Source: Pavona decussata
Taxonomy: Eukaryota
Direction of reading: 5' to 3'
Assembly: GCA_977016875.1 (NCBI GenBank)
Contig: CDRNST010000035.1
Span: 310,001-374,000, forward strand
DNA: 64,000 nt
Shown: positions 10,361 through 25,300 of the stretch, piece after piece
Layout of the letters: every line of letters begins with the position of its first letter
Position numbering within the stretch: position 1 is the first letter of the stretch
Notes under the pieces: model-generated
The model's database searches: none
Seen by the model: only the letters and a program-made list of their open reading frames with translations
What the model was told of the DNA's origin: nothing
Made by a program: the position numbers and the translations under genes

Positions 10361-13300
10361 AAGTAAAATAAGGGGCATAAAAATATCCCACGAGTATACT
10401 ACATTTATGAAGTCTGTAAAGCACGTTAAAAGATTCTTGAAATTCTTGATGTTTTGTAGAGTTGAAATGTCCAAACAGATGTAAATGTTTGTTTTAAATT
10501 GAAAAGATAAGAAAAAATATACATATACAACTTTTTTGGATTGGGGACAAATTATTTGATCATTCACAAAACCTGGCAGAAAGTGATAAGTGATAGGGCA
10601 GTAAGCTGTGTTAGCATATTTACATATGCATCATTATTCAGCTTATAGTGAGACACGAGCGACGGGCATTGTCGATAAGGTGTTATTTGTTGTTGAAGTT
10701 GATAAAACAGGTCGAAAAAAGCTGTAAGCTGAACGAAGAACACTTGAGCCAATACAAAGGGGATTTATTTGAACAAAACTCAGATGTTTCTTTCATACCA
10801 GTGTTTCAAACATGGCGTCCTTTATAGTTTGTGTCAATATTTGATGTTGATGATTGCAAAATTTGAATCATTGCCATTGTTTAAATCTTTTCCTTCGAAA
10901 AACGAATTCTGCTTTTATTCCGTGTCGGTTTTATCGTGAAAGTTTTCTAAATGATCTAGTAATATTTTAATTAGGTTTATCAAGATTTCTATACTATGTT
11001 AACTCGCTACTATACCCAATATACTTATTACGAACAAATGCGAAGAAGACATCGTGATAGGAGTCTTTAAAAGTACTTATATACTTGATTTAAAGTTAAA
11101 TTTCGTGAAGATGTTAAACGTTTAAAAGATAATGAATAGGTTATCAATTGATAAGTATGTTCGTACTCATCGTGTGGCTAAGTTGGAGTTTGTGAATGAA
11201 ATACAAACGGGTAATCATCAAAGAAACGCGACTTTGTGTTGTACGTGTATTGTATAATTATGTGGAAAGATAAGAATTCGTTACTTTAATACTCGTGAAA
11301 GATAACATACTGTGAAGACCGACTGAAGGCAGTGTGAAGACTGAATATTATGAAGCATTAGTTCCGCCAAAGCGGCAGAATTCCTAAAATGTTCACGTTT
11401 GTAGTATTTGTGTCGGTTTGTTTTTCATAGCTATAAAAATACACATGTGTAAGTCCACAAGGATTAATCCTTTGGCTTTGGTGTTTGTCCATTTTTTTGT
11501 GAACTTCTGCTAGGAAAATATAGACACACCTGGATGGTTTGTGTGCCGCAAAAACAGTCGATGTTTTATTTCCTCAGCATTTGTCAAACATGTTGTCGTA
11601 TTCACCAGACTTGTCACCAACTGTGCTAACAAAAGCCTAGCTGTGTTTTTTGTCATTTCTGTTGTGTTTTTGTTCAGCCAAAGCCCTATTTACTGTCCTC
11701 TAACAAAACATAGGTGTCAAAACAATATCAAGAGTGAAACCTGTGAAAAAGTACAATGCTTTTTATTCTTCTCTGAATGTTCACAATTCCTTGTTTTCGA
11801 ATTGTTTCTTTTTATTCATTCTCGTAGAACGCAAAATTGGTCTATTACTGTTGCTGATGTTCTTGATTTAACATAGATTCAGCTCGCACAACTTTTTGCG
11901 CGATGGCCTAGGGACCGTCTCAGAAACATTACCCGGCGGCCATGGACACATGTTTGCTAGTTTAGCTATATACGAGCATACCTTGCGGGAATAAGTTTTG
12001 CTTCTTGAAAGCCAGAAAACATTTTTGAATCGAGTCATAAACATTGCTGTCTTTAAGACGAACATCTTTCGTTCTTAAGTGTTTCCACAGCAATGTATTC
12101 TACTTGAGCCTTTACTGGAGTACCTACTCGGCGGTAAGCTGCTGGTATACTTGTCTGACGAGTGTTCACAGCTTACAGCAACCTTTTTAGTTCTGGTTAA
12201 TTTTCACAAAGAGAGTACTTAACCTGAAGGTTAATGGCTCAAAACGTCGTTTCCTTCTCTTTTGTTGATCTGAAGCAACGTACCTCAATTTGGATCTGTA
12301 CCATTGGTATACTTTCCTTTCTCTTTACTGTTTTGAACCTGTTTCGTGCTCTTGTAATTGTATTGAGATGTTTTCTATCTTACCCGGTACATCTGTCTGG
12401 GTGAAGTTGTAACATCCTGAACTTCCATGTAGTTCAGTCACTACTACACTGTGGAGCCGTAATTGGTTCTGGTCTCGTCTGTTTACAGCGGACTATGCCT
12501 TTACAGTTGCCTCATTGTATTTCAGCGAGTTTGTAATCATACTTCCTTGCAAAAACTGATTTCTCGAGGTTGTAAAGAGGACTGGGAAAAAAAATTCTCG
12601 AGCGTTTACTGTCAATTCCAAGAACCATTAAGTTTCGCTTCCGAATCAAATGAAGTTTAAGATATCCCGCAAGAGAACTGAACAAAGGGCGCCACATTCA
12701 AACGTAAAACGATAAGGAAATTTCCGGCGTTCTGTTCCAACCGGCAAAGAGGAGTATATCCACTTGAGTTCAAAGGAAATTTCCGGATTGTCTACCATTG
12801 ATAAACAGCCCTTTCCATCTCGCCCAAGCATCAATTGATGAAAATGTTTCTGTATTTTAGGTGCAACTTGAGCTTTTTCACCCTTTCAAGCTTCCCTCCA
12901 TTTACACACTTTTACTTTGGAGTATTACGATTCAAGTTTGTGAAAACTGTGTGGCAATACTTTCTTGTGACACTTCCTTGTATTTAAAACTAGTCAGTCT
13001 CTATACGAAGCACTATTTTCACCCTTTTACAGAGTACAAAAAGAAAAAAAGTGTTGTAAAGTAGCCACCGTGATAATGAAAGCTCATTAGTTCGTGGCTT
13101 AAACATTCTGAGAAGAAGGAATATTAATGACTAGGAAGTCTGACTTTTTCACTGAAAACTACTGAGTTAGAATGGTGTTTATTTAATATGTTGTAATTTC
13201 GATATATTTCTAATTTGGTTCAAATCCTAAAGTATGAGCTTCATCTGTATTGAGCTGTACTCTTTTGTTGCGTTCCTCTTTTCTCAATAATTTGAACATG

Positions 13301-16300
13301 TTTCTCTTGGATGTGGGTTCTTGAGGGTATGGCCTAACACGAGTTTGTACGTGCTAGAATCGCTGTGACCTAGCCCCCTTAAGCCGGATGAGCTCGCGTT
13401 AAGGTTAATTTAGGAAAATGTTTGTAGTTATTGTTGCGTATTAATGTTATAACGCAAAGAAAGGGATTTTGAGTTCTTGTCGTGATTATCTGTAATTAAG
13501 CTCCTCGTTGTCGCAGCGGAGATTTGTAAGTCAAAAGCTTACTACTTAGTTTTGTAACTGGATACTTATACCATCTGTATGTTTGTTCTTTTACATCCTT
13601 TGAACGTAGAAAATTAGTATTCATAGTAAACAGATTCGCTCAATTTAATTTACTTTTAATTTCCAATTCAATATCTGGCTGAAACAGAAAGGTATCTTTT
13701 GCCTGTTACTGTTTCTTCCTTATCGCCGATCATGCAGTAAGATGCTAAATGTTTCTATTTTTTACTAAGGCTATTTGGCATCTTGTTTTCTACCGGTTTC
13801 TGTTCACAGAGTGATAATCATCGTTTTGGTTAGACAAGATGGCAACCCACAAGTACTCACAGACGGAAATATGTCTTCTATCCAGCTACCGGAATCTGAT
13901 AAAAATAAGCTAGAATGATGTTAGCAATACCAATTGTTCCAACGTTGTGAAATCTACTTACTACTTTGTGTTCCCTCAGTACAAATACACGAAACTACTT
14001 AGTATAAATTCTTAAGAATAATAAAAAAAAAAAAGAAAGAAAGAGAGAAAGAAAGAAAACAGGAGACTTGGTTTAGCTGGAGATTTTCCTACGCCATACC
14101 AGCAAAATCAACATGTTACAAGGAAACGGTCTTAGTACGAAAGCACCATCACATGATTCAAACAATGCTCATTTATTTGAACATCACGTGCTTTTTGGTA
14201 TGTTTTGTGTAAAAAAGACTAAAATTAACCACAATTTCATGGCTGCATTTATAACCATGTAGAAAGTTTTTGTCTTCTTTTAAAAATCCGTGCTGCTCAA
14301 CAATAAAAAAATCTTTTTTTTTTTTTCGTTTTCATTTCGTCGTCCTCTTTATTTTATTTAGTTTGTTCAGTGCAATGAAGACGTTAAATTAACCAAAGTA
14401 AAAAATGTTCTGCGTGTGTCCTGGCCACGTAGGAGCTTAAAATGGGCATTATTCATTAGCAGCTAATAAGGTTCAGTAATCTAATTCACATGCATGTAAG
14501 ACTACCAACGGACCACGATAACGAACGTTTTACTGAGCGTCTTAAGACAACTCTGGTGGTCTTAACCCTCTTCGTCCTAAATTCACCTCCATATCAGTTG
14601 CTGTTTTAAGACTTTTACTTTTGGATCTGTGATTAAAATTCAAAAGTTTGTTCATTCTAATGAAGTCTGAACAGTGCGTTTTTTGTTGTTGTTGGATCCT
14701 TCTATTTTTCCTTTTTCAATTTGAACATTTTGACAGCAATGGGATTTAAGGATTAAATGGAATGGTAACTCAAAAATTGAAAAGCACAAAACCAAACAGT
14801 AGAATTCCGAGAGAATTATGTGGGCAGACAAAATTGGACAAGATTCAAATGGATTCAAATAACTTAATTCGTGTAAAAATGTTATTACCATGAATGCCTT
14901 TGCCAAATTATTAGTTTTTATCTCTAAATGGATGTTGGAGCTAGTAAGAAAGAAAGGCTGCGTTTTTTCGTGTAAGACACGGGTTATCAAGATCTTTCAA
15001 CTGAAGTCTGTCGAAAGTCGTATGAACAAAATTATCAACAACATAACTGAAATCCATAAAAAATTCCCTTGAGCACTTTTTTTTTCTTCAGCCTTTGGCA
15101 TCTGGTCGACAAATTGCGTCAGTGATTTTTTTTTTAGTTTTTTAACAACACCAATTACAAACAATAAAACGAAAGCCAAACAAAAAACTGCGAAGCGATT
15201 AAAAAATATGCGCTGGTCCAAGATCACTGCAGAGTGTATTTTCTAAAGTGTATTTTGTAGTGTTGGCATGTAATATTGTATTAGCAGCCTTTGTTGAAAT
15301 ACCACCCACCTCTGTCTTAAGGTTAGTAGAGAAATATATTTTTATGATTCATCATTCTAGATTTTTAACAAGCCAAAGGTCACATAGCTTGGCAATGTTG
15401 TAACGGCTATTTTAAATCAGATCTGAATTAGGTGGAAATCCAAGACGAAGCTAAATAGATACCGTTTGAGGAGAACGAAACTCTATCACCAGTAGGACGA
15501 ATGGTGTTTGATGCAGTTTTGGTCTGTCAACTTGTAGGCATTGGTGCACACAAAAACCCTTGTTGAGAGACTTTGAATTCGGTTATGCTGAAGGAAGACA
15601 TGAAACTAAAGGACCTCCACTGATGTGTCTTCCGTCAGCTTAGGTTTTGTTATTTAGGGATAAAAAAACTGTATACTCTATAACTAATCCGAAGTTATTA
15701 GGGGAAATGGGCTGGGCGACGCAGTGTTGTTGAAAACAGGTAGCGTCATAAATCTACAAAACAGATTTGATAAACGAAAAAACAGCGACAAATTTTTGCA
15801 TTACCAGTAGCCAAGGCCTAGCCTAGATTCATAGCAGTATGGAGTACAGTGCAATAACAACAACGGCAGTTAGTTATACGCTATAAACAAATACAGCAAT
15901 AATGGTGTGATAGTTTTTGAAATGTTAAAGCTTCTAAAAAAAAAAATGAATAAGGGTAAGAATAAGAAAAAGTTACCGTAACTACCCAACTAAGTTTTCG
16001 TGTTATTTTTAAGTTTCAGTCTAAACACCCTCCGCTGTTACAGCAGTGTATCATTGTGCGAGTACAGCGGGGAAAAAATGATTTGGTGGGTGTACTTTTC
16101 GTGTTGATGAACCCTTTTTTTTGTTCCCAGACCCCAAAACAGTTGAAACTCGGTTGGCATTCATCATGCCCTTTTGAGCCACGGCTTGTAGATCTTGCTA
16201 TTGAAAATTAATACATTGGTACCAACTTTACCACTGGAAAAAAATATATCATGTTTCAAAATAGTAATTAAAAGAAAAAATTACCCGATCGCATAGTTTT

Positions 16301-19300
16301 GTCTTAATATTTGCTATACTAGATGTCGACGCAGTTGACGTTCGCGTACCGGCTTCTATGTGTTAACCGAGCATGGAAACTAAGGACATGGACAATGCTG
16401 GCACGGCGATAATGGAAGTTAAAGAGGCTCTTCTTTCCATGTTACTCTAACAAGTTAGTTCCCATGGCATTTAGAGAAGTGGATGAGTGCATTTATTGGG
16501 GTGCGTTTTTTTTTCGGTAGATTACTTTCACCAGCTATTTGCAAGGAGATACAACACTATCGATTCTTTTAACATCAAGTGTGAATAAAAGCTGTCAGCT
16601 TTTCATACTTTCTTTAAGAGTATTTATTGTGTGCCCATAGTGTCTCTAATGAAGCTATTGTTGTGCAAGTTCAATCGAAAGGTTGTGAAAGATTAGAACT
16701 CAGAAAAGATGCGCCTGTGTCGAGTCAGCTGCTTGGAAACTTCTTATCGCGGATAACAGCTATTACACATCCGATTGTTCTCTTTTGTGAAGTTTATGAA
16801 ATGCTTTATTGCGTATTTTATCTCACAGAGCCCTGCGGATATATTGAATACCATAAAAAAGTATCGAGTGAATTCACAGCGTGTTGAATCACCACCATGA
16901 AAAACTTCTTCATGTCTGCCCCATTGAGACGTAATTTTCTGTTTCGCGTCTCACTCCGTTTCATTAAATGGACGCTAAAAACCACAGATTGTGTGGTAAA
17001 ATCTAATTACCCTTTGGGGTGTTGATACGAATGCTTATTTACACAACCAGGGAGGGATATTACACATTATTAGGTAGGCTGCATGCTGCTTTACATTATG
17101 TCAACACGACTACAAAAGTTAATTAACGCTGCCTTAATGACCACACAAAACTAGACCAACAGTTCTTTTTGTGTACCATTTGTCCCTGCGAAAAATTAAT
17201 TAAACTTTGGAGCGGTTACATCCATCAAATTCGAATTCTGCTCGATGTATTTAGTTGTTTTTATTTGTTTTGTTTCTTGTGATGTCGACACTTGTCTGCT
17301 TTTAATTTCGGTGTTTCGTGTTCGTTTTAATTGCAAAAAAAACTATTTTGCATTTCATTTGGCGACACGAAAATGAAATGACTTTTTTGTAATAATCCCA
17401 ATCCTTTATTAATCCAAAAATGTAGCTTCTCAGTCCATTATGCTACAATCAAGGTTATGTTTATGGGTAAAGAATTAAGCTTTTATTCAAAGAACTCTAC
17501 ATATCTCAAAATTAATATCTACAGTTGTTTGAACCCCTGAATTGCTTACGTCTGTTATTGTTGTTATTACTTTTTGGGGGCTGAAGTTTTAGTAATATAT
17601 ATTCTACGTACAATACTGAATTTGTTTAACTTAGAAATCAGAGTTTTTGTCATTGATTTATTTTTTCAAATATAACTTCTTAGGAGGAATTTCAAACCTG
17701 TCATTTTTATATCATACACTGTCCATTGCCTTCGATTTTTCGATCTGTCTCTAAGTGACGCTTTTTAATCAAAAATCTACTTTTAGTCTGATTTCATTCA
17801 AAACTGACACTTTTTGGAAATTAATTTTCATTCTTTCGAAATTACTGACTCCAACTTACCGTTCAGCAAAACTTTAACAATATTGTTCTAAGTCCACATG
17901 GACGAATTACGTTAAAAATCTTTAGTCTCTGCAATGGCGTTGCTGCCTTAACCGCAACACATGAATTTGGACTAAACTATTAAATTTGACATCGTGGGGA
18001 TTCATGACATATTAAATGCACCAGTGCGTGCTGCTCGTAATACTTTGCTATGTTGGTACACGAAAGTTCCCAGTCTTTTCTTTAAGTCTGGAGTCAACCT
18101 TTTTTTGCCACATCCGGGACCTTGTAATTGTGTCATTTTACGAAGCTTTTAAAATCACCCCTGAGGATTTCACTCGGCGCCATTAACATACCTGAAACGA
18201 GAAAAGATAATAAAAGTATATTGTCAAGAATAACTTCATCAATCGACGCTTTTTAATAACTCGCTGAAAGGAGGTATCAAGATTAAAAATAAAAAAAAAA
18301 ATGACCTAAGTTTTATGTTTCAGCTTCTATCCTATTTTTTTAATGCGACATTGGCAGAAGAAAACTGATATTTAACGAAAATATCTAGTTTTGCTTTTGG
18401 TTTTCGAGTAGCTTATTGTTCTTGTATCATTGTTCTGGGATGATTTTGTTCTTTTTCTCAAAAATAGTGAATACAAATTTGCAAATTCGTGGCGCATGCC
18501 GGCTGGCATGCTGGCTAGTTATTTTGATGCGCTTTGTATATTTTTTTTTTGTACTAAATGCTATCACCTGGAGGGGAACAATAAATACACTACTTTCACT
18601 TCTTTTAAAAGCTTAAATTAACCACGAAACCCACATTCATATGACTCAACAAATTTTAAATTAAAAACATTCTGTATAAAAGACGTCCGCGAAATAAACA
18701 GGAAATAATTACACTTTGCTCATTTCACAAAGCGAACTTAAATTTAATTTTGTGTCGAAACAAAAAGGTGCTTTATCCAAAGAGTAAAAGGTTATTGATA
18801 GCTGCAATAAATTAAGAAGTTAAATTTTGGGTTTGCGGTTTCATCATTTTATAATCACAGATTAGTGGGAGCAAAGGAACAAAACTTTATTTAGTAAAGC
18901 GGTGTTTTTGTACTCTGGGATAATTTACTTCGTACGATTTGACTTTACTCAATTACGCGATAGTGTATTTTAGGTTTGTAATCTCTTTTACAACTTTCTG
19001 TTTAGTTCCGTTTCGAATCATTAATTTTGCTTTTTGCAATTAGGAAGAAAAATAGTATTCGCACACTTCGGCAATCAAGCTGAATGTGACGCGATATCAC
19101 TAAAAGTTATGAAAAAGGATTCCTTTTTAGTTTTAAGTAGATATTTTTTATTATTATTTCAAAGAACGAACCCTTTAACGTTAAAATATAAAATATTACT
19201 GACATTTTCTCGAGCGAACTAAGAAAAATTAATGTTTTAAAAGACGGAAATACGGAGTAATTTGGAAGCATCTCAGAGTTCAATTTCGCTAAAAGCAGCG

Positions 19301-19703
19301 CCTCAGAAAATAGCCATTAATTATTTCCTGTGTGAGTAGAGTGCAGGAAAGTTATCTAAGTGTAGGGCATAGAATTACTTAAGTTGAATTTAGAATTGGA
19401 AATGGACTTGATGGTGTTCTACTTTGTGATTCCGGCCATTGTAGTCGATGTTTTAACAGTTGCGCTAATCAACGCTTGCTGTTGAATATTTTGCCATATC
19501 TTATCGACAAGGCTGCAGAACCAATTTATGGTCTTAATTACTTCGTATTAAAAACTGCTCCCCTTTGTGTTATCACTGGCCTCAGGGTGAAATAGAGATC
19601 TTAATCTCGACACTGTCTTCAGAGATGCAAATTACTTGGCCAATGCTGAAGAATTCAAAGTAAAAAAATAAAACTCAAAACAGCCGTGCGCATGAAGCCA
19701 TGT

Positions 19704-21458
19704 TTATATTGCTTGAAGACTCGTGTAATCTGACATGGCTATGCGCTAAAAAGCAATACAGTCGCAAAATTAAAAACGTGTTTCCTTTTGACGAAAATAG
19801 CCAAATTAAATGTCAAAACTGATGACTTAATATTAGCTTAAGCAAAAAGGTCGGAGATATTAAAACCAAATAAGTATTATCCAAGGGATGAAATTTATTG
19901 AAGCTCTATTTTGACAGACGTTTGGGGACTCAAAGAGCTTTTTGCTCACCGTTTGTTTTGTGGCGTGAAGTTGTTGTTTTAGCAGTCGTGGGTCATCATT
20001 CTCACAGAAGAGCCTCCCGTTTACGACATGAAATCGGTCTCCGGCTACAAGTTGGTTGTGACATGTCGTGCAGTTGAAGCAGTCGAGGTGATAAACTTTC
20101 CCAAGAACTTTCATCACAAATTCCGTGGCGGGAATTAACTTGGCACAGACGGCGCATGCTCCACTCGAGCCATATAACCTAAAAAGCAATAAGCGCAAAT
20201 GCCAAATGAGATCGCAGCTCGGATCTGATAACGCAGGATTTAATATGTTCTAAGTAATTAGAGATAAAAGCGTATAAAGCCAATATTTGGAATAGCGATA
20301 AATTGTTCTTCACGGGCCCATTCAATTTGTCGCGTTTAATACAGTGGATATGTTAACCTGACTGGCTTGGCAGATTAAAAATCTTGTTTATTAAAATAAA
20401 AAACACACGTCAAATGATTGAAATGGCTTTTGTACGCCAATTTCGGAGAGCCTTCGCAATTTTGCCACACAACTGTAAATTAAACGGACAAATGCACTAA
20501 ATCGCCTTTCCGAGGTGAAATATTACCACGCTAATGAGTTTTGAGGTTACTTTGAGCTCCTAATACCGGGCATTCTCTGAGGCTTTTATAATCTATGTTA
20601 TTAATTGCACTTTCATAATGGAGGAAATATTACATTGGCTAAAATGTATGCAAAAAGCTGACCGATGACACTGAGACGAAATAATGAGAGAAAAAAATCA
20701 TAATAGAAGATAAAAGCCACTTAAGAAAGAATTTAAAAACACGAGGAAACGTGACTCGCAGGGAAAAGACAAAACGTCGACGGCGGAAGCAAGAAAAATA
20801 TATTTTGCTGGCTGAAAACTGAGCAGCATACACTACTCCTTCGCGATAAATTTAAAATATAAAAAAATAGCTCATTACATTATGAGATTGCCGTACACAA
20901 TAAAAATACTAGTAATACTCTCAAAACAAACTTTACCGCGACGCTGAAGAAATATTAAACATAACAAATCGAACGATGGCCAGACGAAACGAAATAACAT
21001 TATAAAGAAGTGCTTACTTTACGTAGTCAGTTTTGCACAGGATCATTCCTCCTTTGGCATAACAAGACGTCCCGACTTCCCCCAGTCTTACATTACAACA
21101 GGAACATTTCAAACAATTCACATGCCAGTACTGGTCCAAAGCGAGCAGAAGAAACCGATCTAATATTTTTTCTCCGCATCCCCCACAACTTCGAATCCCT
21201 CCTTGAAGACATCGACCTGAAACCAGAAATTGAGAGTGAGAAATGAACGCGAAAGCTGAGGAAAAATTGCCGCGCCGACGCGGACTCGCGGCCGCTTTCA
21301 GTTTCTCTCGCATAAACACAGTGAACACGCCGGGAAGGACGTTAAACCATTCATTTGGAATAGCTGACCACGCGGGCTCTCGACGAGTACGACGAAGTTT
21401 CGATTCAACAGAGCATGAACCGTGCCAACTTACTGTTATTCGCGTTCATGTTGTCCAT
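19704..21458 (-). CDS. LMO4: LIM-domain-only protein 4 (LMO4-like), 164 aa
   Basis: Exons 21458-21434 (MDNMNANN), 21216-21018 (LIM1: CGGCGEKILDRFLLLALDQYWHVNCLKCSCC…GTSCYAKGGMILCKTDY), 20178-19950 (LIM2: GSSGACAVC…VYHLDCFNCTTC…GDRFHVVNGRLFCEND), 19745-19704 (RIAMSDYTSLQAI*). Intron phases 1/2/0 are consistent. GTSCY, GMILC and GDRFH match LMO4 rather than LMO1/2/3. The last exon is less certain; the alternative is read-through to the stop at 19860. Confidence 0.93.
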
Positions 21459-21479
21459 TTTAGTTGGCGGTGGAAATTT

Positions 21480-22300
21480 AGTGGGCCGATGTGCTGTTTC
21501 TGCTCGTGCGGTTACGTTGTCAGCCTTTGTGACACTGAGTAGGAATTAGCCAGTGGTGGTTGTTTGTTAAAACAACTCCGGTAACAGTGTACGTTATTCA
21601 AAACATTCATCATATGACAGCGAATTAAGCCTAATCAATACGACATCAAATCAGCTTCAAACCCTAAATGACCAAGACACAATTAGTTGTCATCAACTAA
21701 GAGATGTTGCCATTACGTCCAATGATCGGCCGCCTGTGATTGGTCGCTGGTTTTAATAAGACAGTAGTTAAGTCACCCTTACACCCTGTGTATCGCTTGC
21801 AGTAATTACCAACGCGATACGGTATAGTTTTCGAAGTTTAATTAAGTCACGTGAGACATTGCAATTATCGCACTTGTGCTTTTTTTGTGGGGAAACACTT
21901 GTTATTGGGAACGTGGCGAGAAAGTAATGAATTTTTGCCTTGTTTATATCCTTTCCTGCTGGCAGGAATCCATTGAAAATGAGATTGAGATAAAAGCGCG
22001 TAATTTGCAAAAAATACAAGCCAGTGTGATCGGATGTGGCAGAAGCACTGCTCAAATTGATTTTTCTATTCTTCTCACTGGAAGCAATTTATTTAAGTCC
22101 CGAATCACTTGAAAGGATCATTTGTTAGGAATACAATTGCGAGTAAACGGAATGCAATTAAGAAGCTGACAGCCAAGAACCCGCCGAACATCTGTCCAAA
22201 AGAAAATTAAACAAAGTCGGCTCGACCAATCAAGTGCTAATACGCAGCACTACACAGAATCGCGGAGACGTGAACCAATATACCCCGGAGGAATCATGGT
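21480..22300 (-). promoter_or_regulatory. Putative LMO4 proximal promoter
   Basis: Immediately upstream of the ATG. CCAAT-type motifs (GATTGG ~21739, CCAATC ~22226), E-box GTCACGTGA ~21846, raised CpG content. Confidence 0.4.
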
Positions 22301-25300
22301 GTTATTCATTACCGCTAATACGATGCCTCACCTAATTATAAAAGCAATTGAAGTGTTTGCTCGTCTTGAAGAACCCATTATTGCGTTTTGTGTAGAGAAT
22401 TAAATAGCTATCGTACACGCATGCGTCCGAATGAAACTCAAACTTTAGTTGTTCTCTTGCGCGCGAATTGAAGGTTTACAGTGATCGATTTCTGCAGTTT
22501 GGAACCACACCAAGCAGAACTGACCACATGTTCAAGTGGCAGATAAGATAAATAGTGAAAATAGCAAATTGGCTGTCATGCTTATGGTAATAAATCGCGC
22601 TCAGTGGGAGAGAGATTCAAGAGTATGAATCCCCACAAAAAACCGAAAACATCGGGGTTTCTCGGTTTATGAAGTTATTAAATTCTTGGGCTGCGTTGGT
22701 AGACACAGCTAGACGTTGTTAGTCTTTTTATTATTGTTTATTGCGCCTTGATGAATTAACCACACGAATGTTCACTTGAATGCCATTTTATATTTATTCG
22801 GTTTGGGTTGATTGATTTTCCTGTCTCAGTGTGCAGTGTGTGCACTGATCGCTTGTGATCATCTATTTTCTTCCGTCCTTTGTTTTTCCTTTCCATATTA
22901 TTGACGGACGCAGTTTCCCACGGGTTCTGATGTGTGTAATCTATATGACACAAAATGAAGTTTACACAAAGTGGGACAATACCTGTCTTTTTTCTCATCG
23001 TAGTCAAGTGACCGTTTTCGCTGTCGTTAAGAACTTTCAAATTTTGAACTGGATCTGCAAAATGCCATTATTAAAAATAAACACAGCCTGGGCATTAGCC
23101 AACTCTGAGTTAATCTTCTGAGTATTGTTTAACTTGCCTTGAACTGACAAGATGCCTGACCGAGTAAGCGAAATAGCTACTGCTATGAAAACAACTCTTG
23201 GTAATAAAAGAGACTGATTAGCTTAGATTCAGCCAGCATAAAAGAGTCGCATTATAGTCCCAATCTTGAGGACACAATTTCACTTCTCTTTCGAATACGT
23301 TTGTGCTTTGAACGTAATACTTTATAGGATCTCTGTAGTATATTCTAGAGTAGAATTGTTAACTTCCAGAATTATGGGATCCACTCATGTCTATACTTTG
23401 AGAGAGACTACCATGGTGACCTCAATTTAGTTGGATAATCAAAACTCACTCCTAGTCCTCTCGCGTTTCGGGTATCGTCTTGTTCCTCGATAAAAAAAAA
23501 AAGATCTTAAAAGTAATGTAGCCATCTTCGCTGAGCGTAAAGCAAGCTAAAAATATATAGATGTTTTCGCTTTGTAAATAGCGCCACGGGTGTCGTGAAG
23601 TTCCAACAGAGTCCAAATTTTAATTGAATCCTTGTGTAAACAAAGAATTTTCTGGCACGTGCCTTTATCGTAATCTGCAGTGCTAATCCAGGTCCTATAA
23701 CCGACATGAGTAAGACATGCAAGGCTTCCAGTGTAAATTTTCAACCGAATAAAATCGCTCTGAAACAGCATGGTTACTCAAACTGTTGGAGCGTGCATTG
23801 GCTCGTTTAACCGAAGGGTAAAGCTTCGCGAGTGGTATTTACATAAATAATTAAGCCTTTAAAAAGTGTAAATACCGTCTTTATTGCGAGAGCAAACAGG
23901 GAAAACTAATTGTGCGTCAGCGGATTTCGATTGGTCGAAATTTCAAGTTTTTCTAATTATGAGCTAATAGATGTTCGAGCTTGGGCAATTGCGGCCGGCT
24001 TGGTATAATGGGCTTTATTGTTTTTTGTTCCATTAGAGAAACTTAATCGCATGTTGAAATCTTCGAGAATGTTATGCCCTCAAAGAGCCAAGGAAATAAT
24101 TGGAAAGGTAATTAAATGGGAATGAAAAATGACCTTCAAGATATTACGCCAAGCACATTATAGCATTGAATGCTACTAATGGAGGATTAGGTTTGACAGC
24201 AGCAGTGGCATTTTACTCAAAGATTCAGTCACCTGCTCTCACCCAAACCGGAATTCAGAACAAATTTGTTTTCACGGAACGTTCAAACTTACGAATTCAA
24301 CAGCCCAAGTTACAATTGTATCCTCTTACAAATTTCCAGAAGGCGTCAAACTAGGTGAGCTTTCGACAACTGTGACCGCTGGTAAACTACACTTCCCCTG
24401 AAGTTTACCTTGCCCGATATCCGGTGCTTTGCCAGTAGTGTAATGCATTATATAATGAAACTTGTTTGGTTAACGTCCTTTGTCGTCGCCTGCGGGCCAA
24501 TGAGATGCAAAGCAACAAGATATCATGGAACAATCAAGATGACAGGCCTGAAACTTGGAACCCTTTTGGATCCCACGGGCAATTTGCTGAGAAGTGTCTA
24601 TATTTCTGCCGTTAAAAGGGTAATAATTACCGGTACCTACGTCAGATATGGTGCCCCTTAGGCGGAGGCTTGCTCAATTATCCCGACATTCTACCGCCTT
24701 AATGGATCTGGAGTTAATGGCTCGGCCGACAACGCACTCGCCGATATAGCTATAGTTTTTGCTATAGCGTTGGCTTCAAAAATTCCACAAGATTTTAACA
24801 CAATCGCCGCGAAATCATATATCCAAAGTGGTATTTCCTTTAAGTTGATAAAGTATCCTTGTGCCTACATCAGCTTAAAGTATCAATCAAGGTGCTGTGA
24901 ATAGTTCCAGAGTATTCGATCGCAGACTTGATTAGTTTCCGAGTGGCTTTCTCCAATGTTGACGATAAAGCTCAGTTTTGGATTAAAACTAGCGAAGTTC
25001 TCTTCAAGTTCAACGCCGAAAATTCCCAAGTTTGAAACATTCTTTATCGCTTTGAAAGGTCAGCCCAAACCTATTTAAAGGACGTAACTATTTCATAAAA
25101 TATATAACTATATATTACAATTATTCCCGAACCAGTGTTGAACTTTTTTTTTTCGCCGGAAACGTACTCCTTTCAAAAAGCTTTATCGGTTCCGCCGACA
25201 CTTGTTATAAATTTAAAACCTTATGTAACTTACAGTAAGGAGATTATCGAGTGACTTCTGCCTAACATGTCGTAAACCATTTTGTCATTCTTTTTTATGT

